Positions 29,634 to 39,886 are shown, counted from the first letter of the stretch. The stretch: 64,000 bases of DNA from Candidatus Delongbacteria bacterium (GCA_963663545.1 OY760505.1:1312001-1376000), one strand, 5' to 3'. Notes: generated from the sequence alone by a model not told the origin. Program-made: numbers and translations.

Positions 29634-30050
29634 ATGCGAAAGCGTGTACTCTTCCTTTGCACAGGCAATTCATGTCGCAGCCAGATGGCAGAAGGCTGGG
29701 CGCGCCACCTGCGCGGCCGCGAGTGGGAGGTTTACTCCGCTGGTATCGAGGATCACGGCTTGAATCCGGATGCGGTGCGCGTAATGGCTGAAGCTGGTGT
29801 GGATATCTCCCGGCACCGCCCGAAATTGGTGAGCAGCCTGCTACACATGCCTTTTGATCTTGTAATCACGGTCTGCGATCGTGCCAGAACCATGTGTCCT
29901 GTTTTCCCTGCGGAAGCACGCATGATACATGCACCATTCGATGATCCCCCCTCACTTGCCAAGCGGTCCAACAACGAGAACGAAGCGATCTCGCACTACC
30001 GCCGTGTACGCGACGAAATTCGCGACTTCGTGGAGCAGCTGGACGTCTGA
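29634..30050 (+). CDS. arsC: Arsenate reductase, thioredoxin-coupled LMW-PTP fold
   Basis: FLCTGNSCRSQMAEG, TVCD.A...CP.FP, FDDP, RRVRDEI. Confidence 0.92.
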   Translation: MRKRVLFLCTGNSCRSQMAEGWARHLRGREWEVYSAGIEDHGLNPDAVRVMAEAGVDISRHRPKLVSSLLHMPFDLVITVCDRARTMCPVFPAEARMIHAPFDDPPSLAKRSNNENEAISHYRRVRDEIRDFVEQLDV

Positions 30051-30122
30051 CTCCGCAGGTCTGAACGACGACCTTCGCGCACTGACAAGGGTGGCTTACG
30101 CAAAGCTCTACCCCGCTGTAGC

Positions 30123-30155
30123 AAAAAGAAAAGCGGCCTCGTGGGAAGGCCGCTT
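30123..30155 (-). terminator. Intrinsic terminator of tmRNA
   Basis: Stem AAGCGGCCT/AGGCCGCTT (30131-30155) followed on the minus strand by TTCTTTTT. Confidence 0.8.
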
Positions 30156-30164
30156 CGAAGTCCA

Positions 30165-30520
30165 TGGAGACGGAGGGAGTTGAACCCTCGTCCGGAAAAG
30201 CAATCGCTTGAGCGTCTACATGCGTAGTCCGTCTATGAATCTCGATCAGACGCTGCCGGCGGACAGGCCACCCCTGATCCAGGTTGCTGTTTTCTCGCCC
30301 CGCCGGTGCAACCGGACCTTTGGGGCCAGCTTACATTGTGACGAAGGAACCGGCCGCGGTAAGCGCGCCTCCGGGCTTCGGCTACCAATTAATTAGGCAG
30401 CAATGGCGTAATCGTTGCCAGTTATAAGAGTTTGCCAGAACTTTTAGCGTGGTGCTCCGGCGAGTCCACGGCATGCAGCCCAGGGTCTCGTCAATCCCGT
30501 CGAATCCCACGAACGTCCCC
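30165..30520 (-). ncRNA. ssrA: tmRNA, tag (A)GNDYAIAA*
   Basis: 5' GGGGACG..GGATTCGAC; 3' GGACGAGGGTTCAACTCCCTCCGTCTCCA; acceptor stem with G3:U; ATAACT resume context then GGC AAC GAT TAC GCC ATT GCT GCC TAA (30419-30393); CCA not encoded. Confidence 0.95.
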
Positions 30521-30584
30521 GGGTGGAGCCTGACAATAGCACTTTGCATCTGGGGCTGCAAGTCCCGACACCGAAAGGGAACTC

Positions 30585-33044
30585 ATGGCATTCTCACTCC
30601 GTGCCCTCTTCCTGCTGGTGGTCGCCCTTTGTGCCAGCGCACAATCACCGGGCGACCTGGCAGATCTGATCTCTCCTTGCTGGCATCCAGATTTCAATCA
30701 AGCGGTTGATGACGCCGTGATACACTTGTCAATCGATGGCTCCGAGTTCGATCTTCGCGGTGACTGGCGCATGCAGCAACTTCCGGTTTTTGGTGATACA
30801 CTGTATCACATCTACTTCACTGGAAAAGGCACATTGCTTCTGCAAGACCCGGATGTTGAGGAGAGAAATCTGGTCTCAGCACAGTTGGAGACGCCACCTG
30901 TAGAGCTGAAAGTGAAAGAGGTACACTTCTTCTTTGATCCTCTTCCCGCTGCTCTGGCCAGTCAACCCTGGATTCCCTACAAAGCAAGTGTTCTAATGAA
31001 ATCCGGCTATCAACGGCATTTCAACGCCCTTCGTCACACAGGAGATGCCCATCCCATAATCGAGTGGTTGGCGCTTCGATCTTCAGGAGGAGGTGGATTC
31101 AGTTGGGCGCGAATCAACAAGAAAGACTTCGTGATACGCAGCGCAAAAGGCGAAAGGAACCGTGTGCTCTGTGGACTACCGGCTCGTCCTGGCAGTGTCC
31201 TTTACAAACCACTGCATCACATTTTTCCCATGGACGTCGATTTGACGCAAGATCCCGTCTGGATCGATTGGCCGGGACATGCTGCACGACTTGATCTTCA
31301 GGTCGAGGCTATCGGTGATCTCCGGCTCGACTGGACAGCCTCTATGGATCTTGATCTGGATCATGCGGTCCATCTGTTTGCATTGCGACTTGATCCGCGA
31401 GCAGAGCTGAATGATCTGCGAGTAATGCAGGCTGGGCTTGAACTGCCCTGTACAAGCTGGCGCATCAAGGACGCCGGACTGGCAGCTACGGATCTACCAT
31501 TGGTGATCGTACACTCTGTTGATGTACTTGAAGGCCGTATTACAATTGTATCACAGGGCTTTTCACCACAGGATATCCTGATGGAAAAGGCAGGTGATCG
31601 CGAAACGCTTTTTTCGCGCTGCTGGCATCCTGCACCCGTTTCAGGATGGATCGATTCGTGTTCGGTTGAGGTAAAGGGACCACCGCAATTAAGCTGGTGG
31701 ACAACGCAAGGTAGGATCCCCACGCTTTCCGTTGACGCGAACGTGATTCAAGGACATTGTACCGTAGCCAATGTGCTTGCGCCTGTGCTACATGTAGAAG
31801 GGCAGGAGCTACTTGCACATGGAGATAATATTGCCATCGCCAGGCAGCCGCTACGCAACAGGCGTGCGCTGGAAGAATCAGTGCGACCCAACGTATCACA
31901 ATGGAGATACGACGAGCAAAGCGTTGTATCACGTAATCGATTCCTCTTGCCATCCAGCCGATTTGAGCGCCCAAGCGACATTAGTTACGGTGATCCGAAC
32001 CTGATGAATGTGCCCGACTTTGAAATGATGGATCAGGGCAGTGATACTCTGGCCGAAGCCTTGCTGGGTGAAGACCAACGTGTTGCCGAGCTACGTTTCG
32101 CGTTCGAGTTAGCCTCGCTTTGGCTCGGAGCGCGTGAAGGTGCATGTCTCTTCGTCGAAGAGCATGGCGAACCAAGCGAAGAAGCCTACTTGCGTAGTCG
32201 TCATTATCGTGGAATGGAACGTCGCTTTCCTGTTGGCATCCGCGATCAGAATCTTTGGGGCAATACGCCAGAGGACAAGCTAGTCCGATTGGAAGCCGTG
32301 TGCAGTATCTGGTGGCAACAGGAAGTAGCGCTCTCGCCTTCTGCCCCCGACTGGTTTGCGCGAGGATTAAGTAGAGCTTGCGCCTTGGCGCTAATGGAGC
32401 AGATGTACGGATGGGAAAGCGCCGCGGAGTTACGAACGCGAGCCTTGAATCGCATCGCTTCGCGTCTAACCCCCCGCTCCTCTTCAAGTTGCCTGCTCTA
32501 TGGTGATCGAGCAGAAGGGAGCTGGCGGAACCAGGAGATCAGCGATCAGATGGCCTGGCGCTTCACGCTGATTCTGGAAAACCTGCGCTGGCGTCTGCGA
32601 AATGGCGAAACATTGGACGACAGTAGCTGGCGCGATTACATACGAAAGCTGGCTCGGATGCATCACGTGGGTCCGGTAACAACGCCACTCGATGTATCAC
32701 GCTTCATCGAGGTCAGTGATCGCTTGCTCTACGACCTGCTTGAGGATAGCGCCGCCGATTGGTTATCGAATGAACTGCATCGCACGACAACCCCCGTGCT
32801 ACATCTGGAGATTGGAAGCGCACAAGGCAACACTGTCCTGCGTTTACGTCGCGAGAATGCGGAGCAGAAGGACCGGCTGTATCTGCCAGTACTGATCCAA
32901 TTCAGCAATGGACAACAAGCGCTACTTACACTGGTAAACCAGGAAGACGAGCAGGCATTTCTGTTGCCAGCCGAATCTTCGCAAATTTCTGCGGTGACCT
33001 ATGCACCGGGAGCCAGCGTACTGGCAGAAGTGAAAGACTATTGA
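30585..33044 (+). CDS. Secreted hypothetical protein, degenerate M1 aminopeptidase-like
   Basis: Signal peptide; 819-aa ORF; 'SIWWQQEV...DWFARGLS...L...YG' recalls M1 'HQWWG..V...WL.EG' but there is no HExxH. Confidence 0.55.
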   Translation: MAFSLRALFLLVVALCASAQSPGDLADLISPCWHPDFNQAVDDAVIHLSIDGSEFDLRGDWRMQQLPVFGDTLYHIYFTGKGTLLLQDPDVEERNLVSAQLETPPVELKVKEVHFFFDPLPAALASQPWIPYKASVLMKSGYQRHFNALRHTGDAHPIIEWLALRSSGGGGFSWARINKKDFVIRSAKGERNRVLCGLPARPGSVLYKPLHHIFPMDVDLTQDPVWIDWPGHAARLDLQVEAIGDLRLDWTASMDLDLDHAVHLFALRLDPRAELNDLRVMQAGLELPCTSWRIKDAGLAATDLPLVIVHSVDVLEGRITIVSQGFSPQDILMEKAGDRETLFSRCWHPAPVSGWIDSCSVEVKGPPQLSWWTTQGRIPTLSVDANVIQGHCTVANVLAPVLHVEGQELLAHGDNIAIARQPLRNRRALEESVRPNVSQWRYDEQSVVSRNRFLLPSSRFERPSDISYGDPNLMNVPDFEMMDQGSDTLAEALLGEDQRVAELRFAFELASLWLGAREGACLFVEEHGEPSEEAYLRSRHYRGMERRFPVGIRDQNLWGNTPEDKLVRLEAVCSIWWQQEVALSPSAPDWFARGLSRACALALMEQMYGWESAAELRTRALNRIASRLTPRSSSSCLLYGDRAEGSWRNQEISDQMAWRFTLILENLRWRLRNGETLDDSSWRDYIRKLARMHHVGPVTTPLDVSRFIEVSDRLLYDLLEDSAADWLSNELHRTTTPVLHLEIGSAQGNTVLRLRRENAEQKDRLYLPVLIQFSNGQQALLTLVNQEDEQAFLLPAESSQISAVTYAPGASVLAEVKDY

Positions 33045-33784
33045 TGAGACCTTTTTTCTTCCTTGCCTTCTTGCTGCTCTGTTCTGTTTCGCTTTTTGCG
33101 CAGCATACTGCCTGTCATGTGTGTGACATAGACACCTTCTTCATGACGACGGCCACCAGCAGTAGATTCAGTCCTGATGATCTTGTATCACGAGCACAAC
33201 TACTGCTGGGAGTGCCCTACGCGGCCAACACCCTGGGAGGTGGACCCGGAATGCTAGAGTCCTTCGTAGCACGCTGTGATTCGCTGGATTGCATGCTGCT
33301 ACTCGAACTCGCTCTCGCCTCCGGCGACAGTATCCTGTGTGCCGACAGTTTGCGTGCCCAACGCTACGATCGCCGTGTTTGCGCCTGGTCAAATCGGCTG
33401 CATTTCTTCAGTGATTGGATTGAGCGAGGTCCGCACCTGCAAGACGTTGGCGCTGACATCCCCGGCGCAGTAGCTGTATCACGCAGCATTAACTACCGCC
33501 AAGATGGAACACGCTGGCTCCAGGGTGTCCAATGCAGCGAGCGCACGCTCTATCGCATCCACGCGGATAGTACAGCTCTGCGGTATTTGCATACTGGCGA
33601 TCTTGTAGGAATCTGGAGTGAGCAAACGGGGCTTGATGTAAGCCACGTTGGAATTCTTGTTTGGCAGCAAGATGAGCTGCAACTCCTGCATGCTTCTTCC
33701 AGCGCAGGGTGTGTGATCCAACAACCACTTCTTGAATACCCCAATTTGAAACGGGGTTTACTTGTTCTGAGGCTACCTGAATGA
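33044..33784 (+). CDS. DUF1460 family N-acetylmuramoyl-L-alanine amidase-like (NlpC/P60 superfamily)
   Basis: LGVPY.ANTL, LDC, RLHFFSDW, GD.VGI, GLDVSHVG, HASS. Confidence 0.8.
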   Translation: MRPFFFLAFLLLCSVSLFAQHTACHVCDIDTFFMTTATSSRFSPDDLVSRAQLLLGVPYAANTLGGGPGMLESFVARCDSLDCMLLLELALASGDSILCADSLRAQRYDRRVCAWSNRLHFFSDWIERGPHLQDVGADIPGAVAVSRSINYRQDGTRWLQGVQCSERTLYRIHADSTALRYLHTGDLVGIWSEQTGLDVSHVGILVWQQDELQLLHASSSAGCVIQQPLLEYPNLKRGLLVLRLPE

Positions 33785-34257
33785 GCGCAATCAGTCACAT
33801 GGCATTTCTACGTCACGGCGAGATCAGCGGTGCAGGGCTATCACCACACGGCAGAAGACAGGCGGAATTGCTTGGTCAACAGCTTGCCAAACTGGAATTG
33901 CGGTCGGACGAAATCCGAATCTGGTCCTCGCCTGCCAGGCGCGCTCGTGAGACAGCGGGTGTTGTAGCCATGTGGCTGAATCAACCCGAAGTGCATGAGG
34001 ACCCGCGACTGTGGACGGGCGATGGTCCTACCATTGGCTTCTACGGTGACTTCAAGTTGTGGCAGAATTGGTTGCGTGTCGAACAAGTGAAAGGCGGTTT
34101 GCTGGTAGTGGTGGCACACCTCGAACTGGGTTCCCTTGCCTGTGATTTACCCTCCGTGTTCAACACCTCAGGTCCCACACTGCACACACCAGGACGTGGA
34201 CAAGGCTTTCTGTTTTCTATGAACAAGGAATCGGGTCGTCATTGCACGCTACCCTGA
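33781..34257 (+). CDS. Histidine phosphatase, SixA-like
   Basis: LRHG, LS..G..QA, SSP..RA.ETA, VVVAH. Confidence 0.75.
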   Translation: MSAISHMAFLRHGEISGAGLSPHGRRQAELLGQQLAKLELRSDEIRIWSSPARRARETAGVVAMWLNQPEVHEDPRLWTGDGPTIGFYGDFKLWQNWLRVEQVKGGLLVVVAHLELGSLACDLPSVFNTSGPTLHTPGRGQGFLFSMNKESGRHCTLP

Positions 34258-34269
34258 GACGGACGGATA

Positions 34270-36396
34270 TCAGTCTCCAGCCTTGTCCAGCACTAGGCGG
34301 AAACCGGCGTCAGGCAGGCGTTCATCAACATGCAAAGAACGGTCTCCGTGCGTATCACGAACCCAGGATGCACCGGGTGCCTTCCAACCAGCCTGTGACC
34401 AACACAACTCCCGCACATTGTCAGCAATGTGATACAAGGAATCAGCAGGCAACGTCACGGGAAAAACATCGACCAACTCGTTGCTGGCTGTGCTACTTCC
34501 CATCCAATGTTGCATCTCTTCAAATGTCGGTGCTCTAAAACCACCTCGTATCGGCCTGGGCGTGCCGTCTTGCGCGTACATCAACGGCAGCCCGTAACGC
34601 TCGCTCAACCAATTGCAATAAGCGGCGACCTCGCGCGGACTGACATTTACCAAAGGACGAGCGCTGTGTGACAGCCAGTCCTTATAGCCTTCCAAAGGCG
34701 GATTCGGTGGTAGCGGCTGTCCTGTGCTACGCGAATAGCTAAGGTACTCAGCAACACTTAGCTCTACCGGGGATACCGCAACCCCGTCGATCTGAACCCA
34801 GCCACTTCCATCAGCGCTGGTCTGTACTACAAATGTTCCTTGCCACTCGCCCGTACTGTGCTCGCAACGGTTGCGCATCAAATAGGCGACCTGCTGTTGA
34901 GCTGGCGCGGACCGATCCAAAAGTTCTCCCTCACTCCAGGTGGCACGCATCATCGTGCTATCGCCATCTACTATGCGTATCACATCAACTTGATCCATCA
35001 ACCAGGGATCTTGAGTCGCCCAGCTTAGCTGCACTCCTTTGGGAGCATCCTCTGCCTTGGGTTGAACCAAGGCGTGAGCACTGATTCCCAGACTACGCCA
35101 AGGCGACCAGCTGCTATGCTCCATTCCCAGCACAGTTCGCCAGCGAAAATCGAGATAGGCGACTTCCGCGGATGGTTGTATCACAACGCTACGCGCCGGT
35201 CCAAACACGCGTCGGTGGCGTGCGTTCACCACCTCCACCTCTATGCCGTCTGCCCAGGGCGTCTGAGGCGGAAGTGCAAAAGTCAGACTTGTATCACTGG
35301 ACGATTGCCGGACCAGCTCAGGAGGTGCCTGCCAGCCAGCCTCAACCACACCGGTCCAAAGCGCATCTGCTTGATCCTCGCCAAGTAGCTGAAGATGCAG
35401 GCGCATGGCGGGTAGCTGCTCCAGTGTTTCATTTGCCGAGGAAAGTGCCACGACTCCGGAACGTCCGTCCTCGGCAAGCCAATGCAACTCAGCCCCTTTC
35501 GATAGTCCACCTGCGTAGCGAATCTGAAGTTTTCCTGGCGAAAGGCGTTCTACTGTGACACGCAACTCCTGCTCCGGTGCCTGCCAGACCAGTGGAAGGC
35601 CGACCAGACCCTCCTCGTTGCGTGATGCGACGAGGATCTCACCACCACCAAGAAACTCTATTTCGGCCTCAGCCCGTTCTTTACTACGCCAATGCCAATT
35701 CGCATCTCCCGCTAGCACAGCTGGTTCACAGCCGTCAGCGATGCGCAGGTTCAGACTATGGTCCGTCGAAGCAAGTATCACGGGAAGTGCAGGTAAGGCT
35801 GGTGTATCACGGCAAACAGTTACATCCTCCGGAAGCGTAGAAGGATCCAGCTGCTCGCCAATCCAGTTCACGTTGTCACACTGCTCCCAGGAAAGCCCGA
35901 GGCGGCTCCATGGGAAGTCGAGCAGCAGCTGGCCGGTAGAAACCGACACAATGCGTAAATCGCGCAAACGGCCCGTTTCTTCAATTCGCATCCAGATGCG
36001 GTCCGGCGCACACGCGGGGATCTTCCAGCTAAGCAGGCTGTCGTGTTGCTGCAGGTTCAACTCCGGCCAATCGCGCTGCCAGCTCCAATCCCGGCTGTAG
36101 TACGGAAGGCCATTGTACTCCCCGGCAAGGCGGAATTCGACACGCTCGCCCCACCCGGGCTGCGGCAGGAGCATCGCGATTTGTCCCGCACTGTCGGGAC
36201 GCACTGGCAGCGGCTGAAATAGACCATCACGATTGATCTGCACGCTGTGCATTCCATCGCACTCTGCGACAAGTAGCAACGAGTCACAGCCGACAGGACT
36301 GAGCGTGAGCCGTGGCTCCGCGCCCGCCAACAAGGGGAGGCTCAACAGAGCTGCGAAGCAGGTGCGCAAGAATGCAGTGTCAGGGCTTGGCTTCAT
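34270..36396 (-). CDS. Secreted protein with degenerate C-terminal FGE-sulfatase (SUMF1)-like domain
   Basis: Signal peptide; 'ELSVAEY', 'PLVNVS..E..AYCNWLS', 'FRAPT.EE', 'LYHIADNVRE', 'GFRLV'. Confidence 0.6.
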   Translation of the reverse strand: MKPSPDTAFLRTCFAALLSLPLLAGAEPRLTLSPVGCDSLLLVAECDGMHSVQINRDGLFQPLPVRPDSAGQIAMLLPQPGWGERVEFRLAGEYNGLPYYSRDWSWQRDWPELNLQQHDSLLSWKIPACAPDRIWMRIEETGRLRDLRIVSVSTGQLLLDFPWSRLGLSWEQCDNVNWIGEQLDPSTLPEDVTVCRDTPALPALPVILASTDHSLNLRIADGCEPAVLAGDANWHWRSKERAEAEIEFLGGGEILVASRNEEGLVGLPLVWQAPEQELRVTVERLSPGKLQIRYAGGLSKGAELHWLAEDGRSGVVALSSANETLEQLPAMRLHLQLLGEDQADALWTGVVEAGWQAPPELVRQSSSDTSLTFALPPQTPWADGIEVEVVNARHRRVFGPARSVVIQPSAEVAYLDFRWRTVLGMEHSSWSPWRSLGISAHALVQPKAEDAPKGVQLSWATQDPWLMDQVDVIRIVDGDSTMMRATWSEGELLDRSAPAQQQVAYLMRNRCEHSTGEWQGTFVVQTSADGSGWVQIDGVAVSPVELSVAEYLSYSRSTGQPLPPNPPLEGYKDWLSHSARPLVNVSPREVAAYCNWLSERYGLPLMYAQDGTPRPIRGGFRAPTFEEMQHWMGSSTASNELVDVFPVTLPADSLYHIADNVRELCWSQAGWKAPGASWVRDTHGDRSLHVDERLPDAGFRLVLDKAGD

Positions 36397-37075
36397 GCTC
36401 CCTCGCCTTGGCGCCTACATACACGGTATCAACTACGGTGCTTTCGAGAATCAAAAGATCGTGCAAGGTCTGGTCCACGATATACGTTGTATCCTGCCGT
36501 ACAATCTGCACGATGTCCATCACACGCCGGCTGCTACCCGTATCTTCAGCCAGGTTTCCGCGTGAAAACAGGCTATCGCTTTCGTAATCCCAGATGCGTA
36601 ACACGAGCTCGTCACGGCTGCGGTCCAACGCCAATTCAAACGGCCCGGCACCCAGATTGTTGTGACTGGCCGCCAGCAGGTCAGCGAGCAAGGCAGCAAC
36701 AGGTTGATTCGCCGCACGGAGTTCTTCCTGTGTCACATCAAGCGGAGCGCGAACTTCGCGGTTAGCTGCAAAACTCCACTCCCGCATACGCTGGCGCAAA
36801 CTGGCAGAAAGCCCTGCCAATACGTGTACTTCGCCCTGCGGCAACAGCTCAAGGACATCGCCTTCACCAAAGCCATTGCTGGTCAGGTCATGTATCACAA
36901 GCGCCTTGACCTCGCCAATTGGTACTGGGATCATCTGCTGCTCCAGCAGTTCACCGATTAGTGAGGGTGCATCAATGAAGGCTTGCAAATGCATGGCGGG
37001 ACTGATTTGCGGCAACTGTGCTAACGCACAGGACACCGCAGCCGTAATGCATCCCAGCAGAGTAATGATCCTCAT
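36380..37075 (-). CDS. Secreted hypothetical protein
   Basis: Signal peptide; overlaps both neighbours. Confidence 0.6.
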   Translation of the reverse strand: MRIITLLGCITAAVSCALAQLPQISPAMHLQAFIDAPSLIGELLEQQMIPVPIGEVKALVIHDLTSNGFGEGDVLELLPQGEVHVLAGLSASLRQRMREWSFAANREVRAPLDVTQEELRAANQPVAALLADLLAASHNNLGAGPFELALDRSRDELVLRIWDYESDSLFSRGNLAEDTGSSRRVMDIVQIVRQDTTYIVDQTLHDLLILESTVVDTVYVGAKAREHEAKP

Positions 37076-38577
37076 CGCCGCAACTCCTGCACGCGCTCAT
37101 AGGCATCACGTGCATCCTGGGCTCTACCAAGTCGGCGGTAGGCTTGTGTCAGACTGGTATAGATCGCCAGTTGATCCTCAGACGTACACTCGTGATCGGT
37201 GTCACAGTTTTCCAGTGCACGCTCGAGCCACTGCAGGGCCTCCTCTGGACGGTTTGCCAGCAGATCAGCAATGCGCACCGACAACAATGGCAAATAGCGA
37301 TTATCGTGTGCTGCAGCGGCTGTGTATAGCTCCCAAGCCGCTAGCGGATCATCCGCCTCTATGCTCCCGGCGTGATTCAAAGTCATGGTAGCACGCGTAT
37401 CATTGATGCGGGAACGAAGGCTATCCGGCAGTGATCGGGCATTCTGCGCCAGCGATGTAACACGCTCCAAACCCAACTCGCGCATCTCGAGTCGATAGAA
37501 TTCCAGATCCGCCAGAGCCAGTGTGTTCTCGGCAACAAAGACTTGATCCGTGCTCTCTTGAATTGTCGCTTGCAACAACTCGCGAGCTTCCAATTCGCGA
37601 CCCTGTTGAATGAGCTGCCAAGCGCGATCCTGCTGCAAGGCCAATCCAAGGCTACCGCCAGCGCGGTTCAACCAGCGCTTAAGCTCGCCAATTTCCTTGC
37701 GCTCGCCGCCCAGCGCTACGGGTTCCCAATCGGCCAAAGCTGCACGAAAAGCCTCTTCGTTTCCCAGCTTCATTGCCAGGTTGACACGTTCGCGACACAG
37801 ATAGACCAAATGGTCCCGTTGTCGTCCCGTGAGACGGCCCGGATCAGTTTCCTGCTCCAGCCAGGACCAGGCCTTCAGGGTTTCACTAGTCCGGGTGTAA
37901 AGCTCGAGGGCTTTGTCACTTTGCTTCATATCGCGTGTTACATCCGCGAGATCCCACCAGGCGAAGTAGTTGCCGGGATCCAGCGTGATACGCTGACGCG
38001 CCACTTCTGCAGCACGCTCACGATACTCAAGGCTGGTATAAATGCGCCCCAGGTCTTCCAGCGTTCCAGCAAGCGTTTCTAGGACCTGCTCGTCCCAGGG
38101 ATTCGCCTTCAGAGCCGCTTCCAAATAGTCCATCGACTCCAACAGCTTCTCGGCTACCTGGTTGCGCACTGTCTCACGCAGACGCCCCAGCTCCTCAGCG
38201 CTCATTTCGGCCGGGTATTTGCCCTCCGTCAGGTCAAGTGCCGATTGCATCCCGATCAGCGCCTGCTCCATGCGATCGAAGTGTGCCTGGCTATCCACGA
38301 CCTGCGAGCGGCGCAAGCTGTCCAGGGCAAGCACAATCCAGGTCTGATCGCTAAGTGATTCGCGCACCTCCTGGGCACGCTGACGTAGCGCATCGGCCTC
38401 TTCAGCTTTTCGCCGACTGACCATGGCTGTATTGACGCCACCAGCATCCCGCTCCTGCAGGATGCGATCCACTTCCGGAGTGATGCCGGGAGTTGTATCA
38501 CGACTCCCGGTGTCCTGGGCCAGGCTTGTCTGTGCCAGCACAAACACCAGCAGCAAACAGGAAATGCAGAACCTCAT
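37072..38577 (-). CDS. Periplasmic tetratricopeptide-repeat protein
   Basis: Signal peptide; helical TPR-like units (ALKANPWD, ITLDPGNYFAWWDLA, LGRAQDARDAYER). Confidence 0.7.
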   Translation of the reverse strand: MRFCISCLLLVFVLAQTSLAQDTGSRDTTPGITPEVDRILQERDAGGVNTAMVSRRKAEEADALRQRAQEVRESLSDQTWIVLALDSLRRSQVVDSQAHFDRMEQALIGMQSALDLTEGKYPAEMSAEELGRLRETVRNQVAEKLLESMDYLEAALKANPWDEQVLETLAGTLEDLGRIYTSLEYRERAAEVARQRITLDPGNYFAWWDLADVTRDMKQSDKALELYTRTSETLKAWSWLEQETDPGRLTGRQRDHLVYLCRERVNLAMKLGNEEAFRAALADWEPVALGGERKEIGELKRWLNRAGGSLGLALQQDRAWQLIQQGRELEARELLQATIQESTDQVFVAENTLALADLEFYRLEMRELGLERVTSLAQNARSLPDSLRSRINDTRATMTLNHAGSIEADDPLAAWELYTAAAAHDNRYLPLLSVRIADLLANRPEEALQWLERALENCDTDHECTSEDQLAIYTSLTQAYRRLGRAQDARDAYERVQELRR

Positions 38578-39446
38578 CTCGCCTCCAGGAATTGCAGCAG
38601 ATCAGCGTGCAGTGTACCACCCTCAGCCAGGCGGGTGAACCTGGCAATGACGGTATCGTTGATAAGCTCACCTTGCTTCACCGTACGAAGCGCCAGGTCA
38701 TCGCCCGACATGCGCAAGGCGAACAGATCGGTGCTCGAGTTGAAGAGGAGAATTGCCTCGTCTTTCTCGCGACAGGCCCAAACGCGCCAAGCGCGGCCTC
38801 CAAGCTCCAGTTGTCCCCGTCGCATTTCAGGACCGCACTCCGAGAACCCGCGCAGTGGCGCAGCAGGAGCGTCGATTGGAAGTCCAGCCAGCCAGGCATC
38901 GAGAGCCTCCAGCATGCTATGCGGTGTTGTATCACGATGCTGCTGTGAATCACGCAGACTGCTGCGTTCCGCCTGAAGAGAGGCGACCGGACCACTATCT
39001 ACTCTGTCGCGTCCTTCACTCGTAATCCGCGGCATTTCGCCTGTATCACGACGGATCACATCCCGTGGACGGTCAAGATCACGTGTTGGCGAAGAGTCGC
39101 TGATATCCCGACTCAAATCACGACCCGCAGGTCGAGTCAAATCACGTGTATCACGCTCAACACGGTTGATCTGCGGTCGACGTTCCGAAGGATCAAATCG
39201 CTCCTCAGGCAACTGAATCAGCCGGGCCCGCTGTCTGCGCATTTGTTGGGCGACACGATCCACACGCGAGGGCGACTGGTACACTTGGTGCACCCATGTC
39301 AGCAATTCGATGCCGGGCACCTCGCGCCGATGCGGACGATGCACATTGATCAGACTGAGAATCAACCAACTCACCGCCATCAGCAGCAGACTGCTGATCC
39401 AGGCGATCTGGTTGATGCGTTTGCGGCTGAGTTCAGCAGCGTTCAT
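38574..39446 (-). CDS. Inner-membrane-anchored hypothetical protein with charged Arg/Asp-rich linker (TonB/TolA-like position)
   Basis: One N-terminal TM, long R/D/P-rich segment, small C-terminal domain; directly follows two exbD genes. Confidence 0.5.
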   Translation of the reverse strand: MNAAELSRKRINQIAWISSLLLMAVSWLILSLINVHRPHRREVPGIELLTWVHQVYQSPSRVDRVAQQMRRQRARLIQLPEERFDPSERRPQINRVERDTRDLTRPAGRDLSRDISDSSPTRDLDRPRDVIRRDTGEMPRITSEGRDRVDSGPVASLQAERSSLRDSQQHRDTTPHSMLEALDAWLAGLPIDAPAAPLRGFSECGPEMRRGQLELGGRAWRVWACREKDEAILLFNSSTDLFALRMSGDDLALRTVKQGELINDTVIARFTRLAEGGTLHADLLQFLEAR

Positions 39447-39451
39447 CTATT

Positions 39452-39886
39452 CTACTCACCCTTCTCCGACTCACGGGGAGTCTGGAAACTCAGGTTGCGA
39501 TCCAATTCCAGCAGCGCGCAAGCGTCAACGGCGTGCACGGCCGATTGCACTTCGGCTGCAGGTTCAACATCAATATCCACACCAGCCGGCTTCTGCTGCT
39601 CGATAGCACGGGACAACACGGCCTTCAGCGTATCCGGGCCGGTAAAGCTCCCAAGCGGACGACGCAGCCCCATGGCCCCTTGCAGCTCCAGGTGATACAA
39701 ATCATTGGCTGCCGCAGTCAGCACCAGTCTGCGTTGACTAAGCTGAAGCGTGTCCAGTGTGGCTTCCCAAGCAGTCGGCAGTTGGACCGTTGTGCGCTCA
39801 TCCAGATCGGCCACGCCAAGGAAGCCGATGAGAATAATCATCGCCACATCGATAAGCCGTACTACAGTGCCTCCACGCGCGTTCAT
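39452..39886 (-). CDS. ExbD/TolR-family protein (second copy)
   Basis: RLIDVAMIILIGFL (conserved TM Asp), V.LP. Confidence 0.7.
   Translation of the reverse strand: MNARGGTVVRLIDVAMIILIGFLGVADLDERTTVQLPTAWEATLDTLQLSQRRLVLTAAANDLYHLELQGAMGLRRPLGSFTGPDTLKAVLSRAIEQQKPAGVDIDVEPAAEVQSAVHAVDACALLELDRNLSFQTPRESEKGE

Noticed and set aside
26329..30165. Active integrative element at the tmRNA 3' end
   Set aside because: No integrase and no duplicated ssrA 3' fragment seen; the tmRNA terminator is intact
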